Shown here: positions 44,720-54,769 of the stretch, one piece after another
Numbering within the stretch: position 1 is the first letter of the stretch
Layout: each line of letters opens with the position of its first letter
NCBI GenBank assembly: GCA_039969355.1
Contig: JBDVOA010000008.1
Location: 42,874 to 106,873 of the forward strand
DNA from: Paracoccaceae bacterium
Lineage (GTDB): Bacteria > Pseudomonadota > Alphaproteobacteria > Rhodobacterales > Rhodobacteraceae
DNA length: 64,000 nt
Direction: 5' to 3'
The notes under the pieces: generated by a model
The model's input: only the letters and a program-made list of their open reading frames with translations
Database searches by the model: none
Told to the model about the DNA's origin: nothing
Made by a program: the position numbers and the translations under genes

Positions 44720-45139
44720 TCAAGCCATCCTCGAAAAGTCATCTGTGTTCTGCATCATTCCACCGCCTAATGTCCATTGAACGAGCGTCGGGCCGATTAA
44801 GAGTTGATAAAACACACCATAACTCAACCATAGGATTATATTAAGAAACAGCAAAAACCAACTAGCTGTATCAGAACAGTATTTGCCCTCTGAGCTAGTC
44901 GATGCGACGGTTGCGATGCAGGCATGGAGATCATGAAAACGGTCCTTTCAGATGTGAATGCTTTGCAATTCTCGGAAATTATCGTCGGGGAAATCAGGCA
45001 GAGCCAAAACAGTAAACTTGGAACTGCATTAGAATAGCGGTTAGCGTAATTCAGGTCTTGATTGATTCGAGATACCGAAACTAGACTGTAGAGGGGTTTG
45101 ACTTCGATTTACCCGAATTCATCATGAGGAATCATCGCC

Positions 45140-46117
45140 ATGATCCGCAGCTTAATACACGCCTCCTGCGCTTCATTCTTCCCCCTGATTGCGCTGGCCG
45201 ATCCACTTCCTTCTTGGAACGACACTAGCTCTAAAACGGCCATTATTGATTTTGTCGAAACGGTCAGCACCCCCGGATCAGGCGACTTCGTACCAGAGCG
45301 TGATCGAATTGCTGTCTTTGACAATGACGGTACGCTTTGGGGCGAACAACCTGTCTATTTTCAACTTCTTTACGCTATCGATGTCCTGAAAGAGAAAGCC
45401 GAGTCTGATCCGTCCGTCCTTTCCTCTGATGTGCTAAAAGCTGCGGCGGCCGGTGATATGGACGGCATGATGGCAAGTGGCCTGAAGGGGTTGCTGGAAG
45501 TTATTAATGTCTCGCATGGCAACATCTCAATAGAAGATTTCAAGTCCTCTGCCCGGGAATGGCTTACAACGACACCTCACCCGACAAGCGGTTTGACTTA
45601 TGGCGCGATGACATATCAACCTATGGTCGAACTGCTGACTTACTTGCGCGACGAAGATTTCACCACCTACATTGTCTCAGGTGGTGGCATCGACTTTATT
45701 CGCGCCATCGCAGATGACGCATATGGCATCCCTCCTTGGCAGGTCATCGGCAGCGAAGGCAACGCGTCCTATTCGGTTGAAGGCAATGTGCCAAAGGTCA
45801 TAAAAGATGGCGGCATCAGTTTTGTGGACGATAAGGAAGGCAAACCGGTCGGCATAATGCGCCACATTGGCCAGCGCCCGATCTTTGCCGGGGGCAATTC
45901 AGACGGGGATTTCGAGATGCTAGAGTGGACAACAGCGGGGGACGGTCCACGATTTGGTCTGCTGGTCCATCACACCGATAGAGAACGAGAGTTTGCCTAT
46001 GATCGCGAGGGACACATTGGTGTCCTGATCCGCGGCCTTGATGAAGCTGACACGCGGGGTTGGACAGTCGTGGACATGGCAAATGACTGGAACAGAATCT
46101 GGAGCGGCGCTAACTAG
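45140..46117 (+). CDS. Secreted HAD-superfamily hydrolase (phosphatase-like)
   Basis: A signal peptide, HAD motif I (VFDNDGTLW) and the distal GGNSDGD motif are present. Confidence 0.8.
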   Translation: MIRSLIHASCASFFPLIALADPLPSWNDTSSKTAIIDFVETVSTPGSGDFVPERDRIAVFDNDGTLWGEQPVYFQLLYAIDVLKEKAESDPSVLSSDVLKAAAAGDMDGMMASGLKGLLEVINVSHGNISIEDFKSSAREWLTTTPHPTSGLTYGAMTYQPMVELLTYLRDEDFTTYIVSGGGIDFIRAIADDAYGIPPWQVIGSEGNASYSVEGNVPKVIKDGGISFVDDKEGKPVGIMRHIGQRPIFAGGNSDGDFEMLEWTTAGDGPRFGLLVHHTDREREFAYDREGHIGVLIRGLDEADTRGWTVVDMANDWNRIWSGAN

Positions 46118-46193
46118 TCCCGCAGCCATCGTAAGGGCTTCTGCCTGCCAGCCCCAACCAGAATTCGCAAGGTCAGGCCCTGCGGATCTTTAG

Positions 46194-47234
46194 TCACCCC
46201 TGCATTTTGTCATCGACCAATCGTTCCTCAGCAATCATGGCCTCTAGTTGGCGACGAAATCGCAATTGCCCCCCATCGATTGGCAAGTCGATGTGCGGAG
46301 AGGACTTGGTACTCATTCCGACCTGTACCTCATTCAAAACCGCGCGGTCTTCTTCAAAAGCTTTTTGAACGTCATCGGACATCATTTGAGACAACGCCTT
46401 GTCGTCGGGACGAATATTGCGCAACTGGAACCAGTAGTAACGTGTCTCGCTGTCCGTTGTCGGCGTCATGAAATTGTAGCTGTCCATTATGAAAACATCC
46501 GGATGCAACGGCGCCTCAGGTCCACCCGTCCCAGCTGGCGTAAACACAGCCTTGATCAAAGCGTGCCCAGGAAAACGAACCTCGTAGTGCTGCAACCGAT
46601 CACAGTTTCCTGTAAATTCAACTACTTTTTGGTAGAAGGGCGCGGGTTCTACATCCATCATCCAACGGTGCACGATCACGCCATCATCGGTTTTCGTGAT
46701 CCGCAATGGTGCGTCCTTGGTCGCTGACTGGCCAAAGCTGTTTTCGTGCACCCAAGCGACATGAGTCGGATCGAGTAAATTGTCGCACATCAAAAGATAG
46801 TTGCACTGCAACTCCATCGCAGCGCCACGGTTAATGCCCCAGGTTGGATCGTCAAAATTTTGAATGTCGAATATATCGTCAGGGTCGGCCAATGCCGGAT
46901 TGCCCATCCAGATCCACACGAGATCGTATTTCTCGTGAATCGGGTAGGCATGTACGTTTGCGTTGGACGGAATGCGGCCCTGCCCTGGCGCCCAAACACA
47001 CTTTCCCGCGCAATCAAACGTCAGGCCGTGATACCCACACTCTACAGTATCTCCTTTGAGGCGGCCCCGCGACAATGGCAATTTTCGGTGCGGACACGCA
47101 TCTTCCAAAGCGATGATTTCTGCGTTTTCTGTTCGAAAAATGCAGATTTTCTCGCCCAAGACCAAAATCTGTTGGAGATCTCGGGTAATTTCATTCGCCC
47201 ATGCTGCGACGTACCACGCGTTTCTTAGAAACAT
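46194..47234 (-). CDS. Rieske oxygenase, VanA-like (O-/N-demethylase-type) oxygenase component
   Basis: The N-terminus is MFLRNAWYVAAW. The Rieske motif is CPHRKLPL..CGYHGLTF. Confidence 0.9.
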   Translation of the reverse strand: MFLRNAWYVAAWANEITRDLQQILVLGEKICIFRTENAEIIALEDACPHRKLPLSRGRLKGDTVECGYHGLTFDCAGKCVWAPGQGRIPSNANVHAYPIHEKYDLVWIWMGNPALADPDDIFDIQNFDDPTWGINRGAAMELQCNYLLMCDNLLDPTHVAWVHENSFGQSATKDAPLRITKTDDGVIVHRWMMDVEPAPFYQKVVEFTGNCDRLQHYEVRFPGHALIKAVFTPAGTGGPEAPLHPDVFIMDSYNFMTPTTDSETRYYWFQLRNIRPDDKALSQMMSDDVQKAFEEDRAVLNEVQVGMSTKSSPHIDLPIDGGQLRFRRQLEAMIAEERLVDDKMQG

Positions 47235-47890
47235 GAGTCAGTTCCCCTAATTTTCATTTAAATTCAGACCTCAAAGAATTACGCGCTCCGGCGTGATCGC
47301 AATATCTGCACCCTGCGCATTCATATTGGTTTTCGCAACAGGCATGGGATGCATTTTCGCAAGTATGCTACCTTGTTCACAGTCTGGCCGGCCCATCCAG
47401 CGCTTCGGCAATGGCGCAGCAAAAATCCCACCCCATCTCGCTACCAACTGTAAACCTTCCCTTAAGTGCTGTGGTTTAGTTAGGTCAGCGTCGACGTTGT
47501 CTCTCTAAAGTTTGCTCCACGGCCCACGCGCAGGCCGTGGGCAAATTTTCCTAAATTTGAGCATTTGTTGCCGGTTGGCCGTGCCAAGCTAGCTATGTCG
47601 GGTTACCAGTGTGAATGCCCATCTGCTTCAAGAGCGATAGCTATTCTTTTTTGAGCTCAGTCTTCCCGACTTCATCCGTCGATTCTCGAGGCCGTGTCTG
47701 AGTGTTGCGCGATTTTTTGAGCGGTCATACTATTGCAGGACTTTCCGAACGCGATGCCGAGGTCGGTTCACTTTTCAGTCGCGCGGTAGATGGACCCAAC
47801 CCAAGGGTTCGCATCCAATATACCTCAGGCTATCATCAGGTACTGTCGCTCTGAGTCGTCCGTCCAGAGCCTATCAATTGGAACCGACTG

Positions 47891-48694
47891 ATGCCTCATC
47901 CGCTAATTACTCAAGACGACATCAACATATTTCAGCAAGACGGTGTTGTGCTGATCAAAGGCCTATTTGCTGATCAAATTGAGGATATCAAACGCGGCAT
48001 TGCCCAAAACATGGAGGAACCCGGCCCCTATGCGGCCGAAAACCTAAAGGATGGTGAAGCTGGCCGGTTTTTTGATGACTATTGCAACTGGCAACGGATC
48101 GAGCCATTTCAAAGGGTCATTGAAACATCGCCCGCTGCAGAGGTCGCTGCAGACCTCATGCAATCCCAAACTGTACAGATGTTTCATGACCACGTCTTGG
48201 TGAAAGAGCCGGGCACGTCAAAAGCGACACCATGGCACAGCGATGGGCCCTACTATTTTGTTCGAGGCCAACAAACGATCAGCTTCTGGTCGCCAGTCGA
48301 TCCTGTCACCAACGCCAGTTTGCGTTGTGTAGCAGGCAGCCACAAATGGAAAAAACCTGTTCTTCCGACACGCTGGCTGTCAGAGACAAGTTTCTATCCC
48401 GATGAAGACAAATACATGCCTGTGCCAGACCCTGATGCTGAAGGCATGGATATTCGCGAATGGGAAATGCAACCGGGAGATGCGGTCGCTTTTCATTACC
48501 ACGTACTGCACGGGGCACGCGGAAATACCAGTGATACGCGGCGCCGTGCCTTTTCATTGCGCTTGATCGGGGATGATGCGCGCTACACTGAACGCCCAGG
48601 ACCCACATCGCCGCCGTTTCCGGGGCACGATATGAAAGAAGGCCAAAGGCTGCGCGAAGATTGGTTCCCTGTTCTCTATTCGCGGGAAGACTGA
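47891..48694 (+). CDS. Phytanoyl-CoA dioxygenase (PhyH) family Fe(II)/2-oxoglutarate oxygenase
   Basis: The 267-aa product has the HSD (WHSDGPY) .. H (HGARGN) pattern typical of the PhyH family. Confidence 0.85.
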   Translation: MPHPLITQDDINIFQQDGVVLIKGLFADQIEDIKRGIAQNMEEPGPYAAENLKDGEAGRFFDDYCNWQRIEPFQRVIETSPAAEVAADLMQSQTVQMFHDHVLVKEPGTSKATPWHSDGPYYFVRGQQTISFWSPVDPVTNASLRCVAGSHKWKKPVLPTRWLSETSFYPDEDKYMPVPDPDAEGMDIREWEMQPGDAVAFHYHVLHGARGNTSDTRRRAFSLRLIGDDARYTERPGPTSPPFPGHDMKEGQRLREDWFPVLYSRED

Positions 48695-48929
48695 GCTCTT
48701 TCTGATGGCCTGTCGGACCGCACTCGAGGTCTGGCAAATACTGACCCGCAGGCCGTTCCGTTCCCGATGTCCCCAACTGTTATCGACGCAATGGGAAAGT
48801 CCGATCTGCGACCTTTGCAACCGGTCAGGTTTAGGCGTCGGCGCCTTGCCGGTCGGTGAGTTCCAAGGGTTTACCTTTTCACACCCAATTTCCGTGTGGA
48901 AGTTAACAATGAACTGGCCAGGATCAGCC

Positions 48930-49200
48930 GGCGTTTGTTGAACTGTTTGGCAAAGAAAAAACCGTCGGTTTGATTCAGCGGGTTTGAGTTGTATTCATCA
49001 AGATAGGTCTGCCGCCTATTTGTGTCCCACGATGGGAAGCGACCAAAGGTAGGAGTGCTCAGCAAGATTGAAGTCGAGGTAGTCACAAAGACATCCCGAA
49101 GCCTCCTCAGTCGGGATGCCGTGGTCCAAGGTCAGCATCCCGATACGGGTATCAACCTCGTTCGGGTGCATCGGTTCATCTTTGTGCGAAGACGGACGCT
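48930..49200 (-). pseudogene. Frameshifted N-terminal stump paralogous to the adjacent DUF1254/DUF1214 gene
   Basis: The two frames read ..PNEVDTRIGMLTLDHGIPTEEASGCLCDYLDFNLAEHSYLWSLPIVGH and ..RQTYLDEYNSNPLNQ..FAKQFNKRRLIL. They parallel aa ~55-150 of the 49305-50819 product. Confidence 0.6.
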
Positions 49201-49304
49201 GTGAGCGAAGCAAAGGCGGTGGTGGTCAAAGTCGTTCTGAACATGCCCTCTCTCTTTCCTTAGAGACAGGCATGGCGCCGCGCCGAAACGCGGCTCCACC
49301 TCAG

Positions 49305-50819
49305 TTACTCCGGCAAGTCGGCGTAGTCGATTTCCTCGATCTGCGGCAGTTTCCAGCTCTGGTCAAAGTAGGGTTTCGAGGGTCCGTAGAAGCGGAAGTA
49401 CGGGAACCATGCTCGGCCCGGGATCGACTTGATCCAGTTGTTTTCCCAGCCCTCAGGCGGGGCCTCCGGGCCGACGAGGATCGGTGTCGACCCGTCCTCA
49501 AGTGTCCGGATGCCCTCGTGCCTCGAGCCGCGCTCTGCGCGTTCCTGATCGGTCCGAACCATGCCGCGGGTGTCCACGTCATAGACGGTGATCGCCCAGA
49601 AAATCTCCACCGGTGGGTCCTTGGGCACGTTGATCACATAGGACCGGTCGCCAGCCAACGCGCGTTCCTGCGCATCCAGAAACATGCCGGCATAGCCCAT
49701 GCCGTACCCCACCTTGGGATAGACGATCTTCGGCGAGGTCGTCGTTGCCTCGTAGGTATAGCGGGCCCGGGGATCAAACCGCCCAATCTCCCCGATTGTC
49801 TGGGTGTGGTCCATGGCATCGCCCGGCTCAGACCCTTCGACCCGACCGAGGATCAGCCGCCAACCATCGTCCCGCAAAACACCCGGCAGGCGCTCGCGGA
49901 AGACGAAGTTCTTGGCTGTTGCTTCGCCGACGACCGCGGCCTCTTCGAAGATCGCGCGCTGTCGGTCGGTCGGCTCGAAGGGCTTGCCCTTTTCGATCCC
50001 GAGTTCCTTAAGGAAGTACATGAAGAACTGATCGCGATCCTCCACGGGTTCTTCCTGCAAGATCATGTGCAGCATTTCCCAGTAACGCATACCGCGAGGC
50101 TGGAAGTTGCGGCCGACCTTGTTCTCGCCGTCGCGCAGTTGCGACCGTAGCTCCTCGCCGTGGAACCCGGACAGGATCCCCGCAGCAAGTGCGTCCCGTT
50201 CTTCCAGCGGCGCGTTAACCCGCATCAGCCACCACAGGTTGTTGGTGTTGGATTTAACGTATTCCGCGCCCTCTATGACGGGGATTTCAGCCACTGGCGT
50301 TTCGGGGCCATGGATCACCCATGTCCCTCCGCGACCCGCATTCGGACCAAAGACCCCGAGATCGGCAACACCACGCTGCCAGAAGTCAGTCATCAGACCA
50401 ATCAGCGGCCCCGGCGGCACCTCGATGACTGCAGCCTTGTCTTTCACGTTGAGCCAGCCGAACAGATACGGCGTCGACTCGTTGGCGGTCAGGATGAGTG
50501 AGCGTTCGTTGAACTGCTTTGCAAATATCAGCTCGTTGGGTTTGATGTCGTATTCATCCAGGTAAGTCTGCCGCCACTGGGTGTGTCCCACGATGGGCAG
50601 CGACCAGAGGTAGGACTGCACGGCACGATTGAAATCGAGGTTGTCATATAGAAGTTCCGAGGTCTCCTCGGTCGGTATGCCGTGATCGAAAGTCAGCGTC
50701 CCGAGGCGGGTCTCGACCTCGTTGGGGTACAATGGTTCGTCCTGCGCAAGTGCCGGGAGGGCCAGCGTGGCAGTCAGCGCATAAAGCAGTAGGTTTTTCA
50801 TTTTTGCGAATTTTCCCAT
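49305..50819 (-). CDS. Secreted DUF1254/DUF1214-type protein
   Basis: The signal peptide is MGKFAKMKNLLLYALTATLALPALAQ, with an alternative start at 50801. The family call is from my recollection of the sequence pattern. Confidence 0.75.
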   Translation of the reverse strand: MGKFAKMKNLLLYALTATLALPALAQDEPLYPNEVETRLGTLTFDHGIPTEETSELLYDNLDFNRAVQSYLWSLPIVGHTQWRQTYLDEYDIKPNELIFAKQFNERSLILTANESTPYLFGWLNVKDKAAVIEVPPGPLIGLMTDFWQRGVADLGVFGPNAGRGGTWVIHGPETPVAEIPVIEGAEYVKSNTNNLWWLMRVNAPLEERDALAAGILSGFHGEELRSQLRDGENKVGRNFQPRGMRYWEMLHMILQEEPVEDRDQFFMYFLKELGIEKGKPFEPTDRQRAIFEEAAVVGEATAKNFVFRERLPGVLRDDGWRLILGRVEGSEPGDAMDHTQTIGEIGRFDPRARYTYEATTTSPKIVYPKVGYGMGYAGMFLDAQERALAGDRSYVINVPKDPPVEIFWAITVYDVDTRGMVRTDQERAERGSRHEGIRTLEDGSTPILVGPEAPPEGWENNWIKSIPGRAWFPYFRFYGPSKPYFDQSWKLPQIEEIDYADLPE

Positions 50820-51101
50820 CTGATTGTTAACTCTCTTTCCTGTGTGCACTTGGCTGTCAGAAGAGGTCGTTGAAGCAGTCCCTCTCCAAGTCATTGCGGC
50901 GAATCTAATTTGATTTCTTCGCAAGCGCTATTGACCTTAAGTGCAACCAACAATCATTGGTCCCGAATTCTGTAGTATTCGAGACCCCAGAGATGTTCGC
51001 TGAGCTCCTCTGACTCGCGACGATGGCGTGATCGCATGTCCAATCGGACTCAGAGCAACCAGCCGACAGTCTCAGTTTGCCCGAGGCCTCACCAGATAAG
51101 T

Positions 51102-53372
51102 TCAGCCTTGTTGCCTCAAATAATTCATGACCGCCGGGCGAACCGACATTTCGCCCCTGTGACGCGCGTCTGCAATAACCTTGCGCACATCATCCAGATT
51201 GGAACGGCGAAAAAGGCTTTTGACCGGGCCAATCGACGCCGGGCGCATTGACAGGGTGCGAAGCCCGATAGCCGCCAGACACAGCGCTTCGATCGGGCGA
51301 CCGGCATCTTCGCCGCAAAACGATAGTGGGGTGTCACTGCGGGCGCACCGTTCCACGATCTTTTCAATGAGGCCGAGGAAGCTAACGTTCAGCGTATCAT
51401 AGCGTCGGCGTACTCTCTCATTCTCGCGGTCAGCAGCAAAGAAAAACTGTTTCAGGTCATTGCCACCAATCGACAAAAACTCGACCTCATCAAAGAACTT
51501 TTGCGGTGCAAAGGCCAGCGAGGGAGTTTCGAGCATTGCGCCGATTTCTATGGTTTTAGGCAGAGCGTGGCCCAGACGTTTTTCGCGCAGAATCGTTTTT
51601 TCCACCTCGGCACGGGCCGCTCGATATTCCTCAAACTGGGCGACAAAAGGAAACATCACCGTCAGCGGCCTTCCTTTTGCAGCACGCATCAGGGCCTGCA
51701 ACTGCATTCTCATGATGCCCGGTTTGTCCAACCCGACCCGTATCGCGCGCCAGCCGAGCGCGGGGTTCGGTTCCTCATTGGGTTTCATATAAGGCAGGAC
51801 TTTGTCTGATCCGATGTCGAGCGTGCGGAACACGACCCGCTTACCATGCCCCGCGTCCAGAACTCGCGAATACAATTCTGCCAGTTCGGTTCTGGTAGGC
51901 ATTTTGTTGCGTACCAGAAACTGAAGCTCGGTGCGAAACAACCCGACGCCCTCGGCGCCCGACCCATCCAGCGACGGCAGATCCGCCATCAGACCCGCAT
52001 TCATATGCAACGAAATGACCGAACCACACAACGTTTCGGCCCGTTTGTCTCTGATCGACGCATAGCGTTCCAGCGCATCCGCCTGCATCGAGATTTTTTC
52101 GCGGAATGCCGCGACAACTTTTTCGTCAGGACGCAGGTGGACAATGCCCTGATCCCCATCGACCATGATATGATCGCCGTTCAGGGCTTCTGTGATGATC
52201 CGGCCTGCACGCACGACAAGCGGAATGGCCAATGCCCGCGCCACGATCGCCGCGTGTGAGCCAACGGATCCTTCTTCCAAAACGATGCCGCGCAGTGAAC
52301 GGCCATAATCAAGCAGTTCTGCCGGGCCAATATTGCGTGCAATCAAGATTGGATCACGTGGCATTTCCGCACCCGTTTCCCGACCTTGCCCAGTCAAAAT
52401 CCGCAGCAACCGATTGCTGAGATCGTCGAGATCGCTCAGCCGCTCGCGCAGGTAATTGTCTTGCACCTGCCCCATCCTGCTGCGCGCAAGGGATTGTTCT
52501 TTCTCTACGGCGGCCTCGGCAGACAATCCTTGGGATATGTCTTCTTCTATCCGACGCATCCAACCTTTTGAATTGGCAAACATCCGGTATGCTTCAAGGA
52601 CCTCACGGTGCTCTTTGTCCGCTGTTTTTGCCATCTTGAGCATCTTGTCCACACCGACACGCAGTTCTTCAACCGCCTCGCTGAGGCGTCTCAATTCGCC
52701 GGCGGGGTCGTCGGCAATAGGGTTGGTGACCACAACACGGGGCTCATGGAGCCAGACATGGCCCTGGGCAGAGCCTTCCTGCCCGGTCGTCGCGCGGATT
52801 AGGACCGGCTGCTGATGCCGCGCGGCCAGCGCGGCACCTTCTCCGACAAATGCACCCAGTTCGGTCATTTCTGCGAGAACCATCGCGACGACTTCTAGCG
52901 CATAAACTTCGTCTGCCGAGAACTGTCTCGCTTCTCGCGACTGAACTACCAGAACACCCAGCGCTTCACCCAATCGTTGTACGGGAACACCCAGGAACGA
53001 CGAAAAGATTTCTTCGCCCGTTTCGGGCATGTATCGGAAACCTTTTTCGCCAGGCGCGTCGGGCGTATTGACCGTCAAGCGGCTTTTTGCGACGCGACCA
53101 ACAAGACCTTCGCCCAGTTTCATACGGGTTTGGTGTACCGATGTTTGATTCAGCCCCTCAGTGGCGCAGAGTTCAAGCGTGTCTTCATCCCGAAACAGAT
53201 AAATCGAACAGACCTCGGACTTCATCGAATCCGCAATCAAATGGGTAATCTTGTTGAGCCGCGCCTGACCAGCCTCGTCACTGGCCATAGCGTCGCGCAA
53301 ACGGCCCAGCAATCTTCGGCTTTGTGTTTCAGTCCGTTCCGACATGTCAGATATTACACCGCCCCGTCCCAC
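51102..53372 (-). CDS. ptsP: Phosphoenolpyruvate-protein phosphotransferase PtsP (EI-Ntr) with N-terminal GAF domain
   Basis: A GAF region, the phosphohistidine motif GSVGSHAAIVARALAIP and a C-terminal PEP-utilising domain are present. The start may be the Met at 53345. Confidence 0.9.
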   Translation of the reverse strand: MGRGGVISDMSERTETQSRRLLGRLRDAMASDEAGQARLNKITHLIADSMKSEVCSIYLFRDEDTLELCATEGLNQTSVHQTRMKLGEGLVGRVAKSRLTVNTPDAPGEKGFRYMPETGEEIFSSFLGVPVQRLGEALGVLVVQSREARQFSADEVYALEVVAMVLAEMTELGAFVGEGAALAARHQQPVLIRATTGQEGSAQGHVWLHEPRVVVTNPIADDPAGELRRLSEAVEELRVGVDKMLKMAKTADKEHREVLEAYRMFANSKGWMRRIEEDISQGLSAEAAVEKEQSLARSRMGQVQDNYLRERLSDLDDLSNRLLRILTGQGRETGAEMPRDPILIARNIGPAELLDYGRSLRGIVLEEGSVGSHAAIVARALAIPLVVRAGRIITEALNGDHIMVDGDQGIVHLRPDEKVVAAFREKISMQADALERYASIRDKRAETLCGSVISLHMNAGLMADLPSLDGSGAEGVGLFRTELQFLVRNKMPTRTELAELYSRVLDAGHGKRVVFRTLDIGSDKVLPYMKPNEEPNPALGWRAIRVGLDKPGIMRMQLQALMRAAKGRPLTVMFPFVAQFEEYRAARAEVEKTILREKRLGHALPKTIEIGAMLETPSLAFAPQKFFDEVEFLSIGGNDLKQFFFAADRENERVRRRYDTLNVSFLGLIEKIVERCARSDTPLSFCGEDAGRPIEALCLAAIGLRTLSMRPASIGPVKSLFRRSNLDDVRKVIADARHRGEMSVRPAVMNYLRQQG

Positions 53373-53393
53373 TAGCGGTCCGGGGATGGAATC

Positions 53394-54632
53394 TCAGGCC
53401 GCTTTTTCCAGTTCGAAGGCATCATGGAGCGACTGCACCGCAAGTTCCACGTATTTCCGGTCAATCAAGACAGAAATCTTTATTTCGGACGTTGTGATGA
53501 CCTTGATGTTGACACCCTCATTGCTGAGCACCTTGAACATTTTGGCTGCAACGCCGGTATGGCTGCGCATGCCAATACCAACGACCGACACCTTGGCAAC
53601 ATCCTGATCCGCAATCAGATCGTGGAAATTCAAGACACCGCCTTCCTTGGCCACAGCCAACGCATCCTGCGCGCGTGCAACTTGATTGGTCGGGCAGGAA
53701 AAAGTCATGTCCGTCCGCCCCTCTTCCGAAATATTCTGAATGATCATATCGACATTAACGCCAGCGTCGCTAAGGGCCGTAAAGATCAGGGCAGCGATCC
53801 CGGGCCGGTCAGCCACCGAAACCAGTGTCATTTTTGCCTCATCGCGGGAATAGGCCACACCGGCAACTATATTGCTTTCCATGATTTCTTCCTCATCACA
53901 AACCAGCGTTCCAGCTGTGTCAGATTGTTCCTCAAAACTGCTTAGCACCCGCAACTTGACCTTATAGCGCATTGCCAGCTCAACTGACCTCGTCTGGAGT
54001 ACTTTCGCCCCAAGAGAGGCGAGTTCCAACATCTCTTCGAACGCTATTTTGTCCAGTTTGCGCGCCTTGGGTGAGATGCGCGGATCCGTCGTATAAACCC
54101 CATCGACGTCAGTATAGATATCGCAGCGTTCCGCATCAAACGCCGCAGCAAATGCAACTGCTGTTGTGTCAGACCCGCCTCGTCCCAAAGTCGTAATCCG
54201 GCCCTCGGGACTGATCCCCTGAAATCCTGCCACTACGGCCACGCGCATTCCTTCGGCGAATTTTGTCAGGATGTTCGTGGTGGGTATTTCTTCAATGCGG
54301 GCGCTGGAATGTGCAGAGGTTGTTAACACGGGAACCTGCCAACCCTGCCAACTGCGGGCAGGGACATCCATTTCCTGTAATGTCAGCGCCATTAGACCTG
54401 CCGTGACGTTTTCGCCAGAACTCACCACTGCGTCATATTCTCGCGCGTCAAACAGCGGAGAAGTTTCCTGCACCCAGCCCACCATTTCGTTGGTCTTGCC
54501 CGACATAGCTGAGACGATAACCACGACGTCGTAGCCCTTGGCGACTTCGACTCCAACGCGTTTGGCAGCCCGTTTAATCCGGTCCACTGTCGCCACCGAT
54601 GTGCCACCGAATTTCATTACCAGAACAGGCAT
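53394..54632 (-). CDS. lysC: Aspartate kinase
   Basis: The product starts MPVLVMKFGGTSVA and has C-terminal tandem ACT domains. I trimmed to the ATG at 54632. Confidence 0.95.
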   Translation of the reverse strand: MPVLVMKFGGTSVATVDRIKRAAKRVGVEVAKGYDVVVIVSAMSGKTNEMVGWVQETSPLFDAREYDAVVSSGENVTAGLMALTLQEMDVPARSWQGWQVPVLTTSAHSSARIEEIPTTNILTKFAEGMRVAVVAGFQGISPEGRITTLGRGGSDTTAVAFAAAFDAERCDIYTDVDGVYTTDPRISPKARKLDKIAFEEMLELASLGAKVLQTRSVELAMRYKVKLRVLSSFEEQSDTAGTLVCDEEEIMESNIVAGVAYSRDEAKMTLVSVADRPGIAALIFTALSDAGVNVDMIIQNISEEGRTDMTFSCPTNQVARAQDALAVAKEGGVLNFHDLIADQDVAKVSVVGIGMRSHTGVAAKMFKVLSNEGVNIKVITTSEIKISVLIDRKYVELAVQSLHDAFELEKAA

Positions 54633-54769
54633 TGTTGTTCCCTCAAGCCCCAAGATCGCGCAGGGTTTACGCCGGTGTTGATCTAAGGGCAAGTGGCGCC
54701 ACCGGCTCTATCTTGAAACCATGCTCATCCGATCGCCCTCGGTTGGGGATACGCCGCGCTCCGTCCCGC

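Noticed and set aside
49116-50150. 344-aa plus-strand ORF
   Set aside because: It is antisense to the DUF1254/DUF1214 gene. It is Arg/Pro-rich, with no motifs and no RBS.
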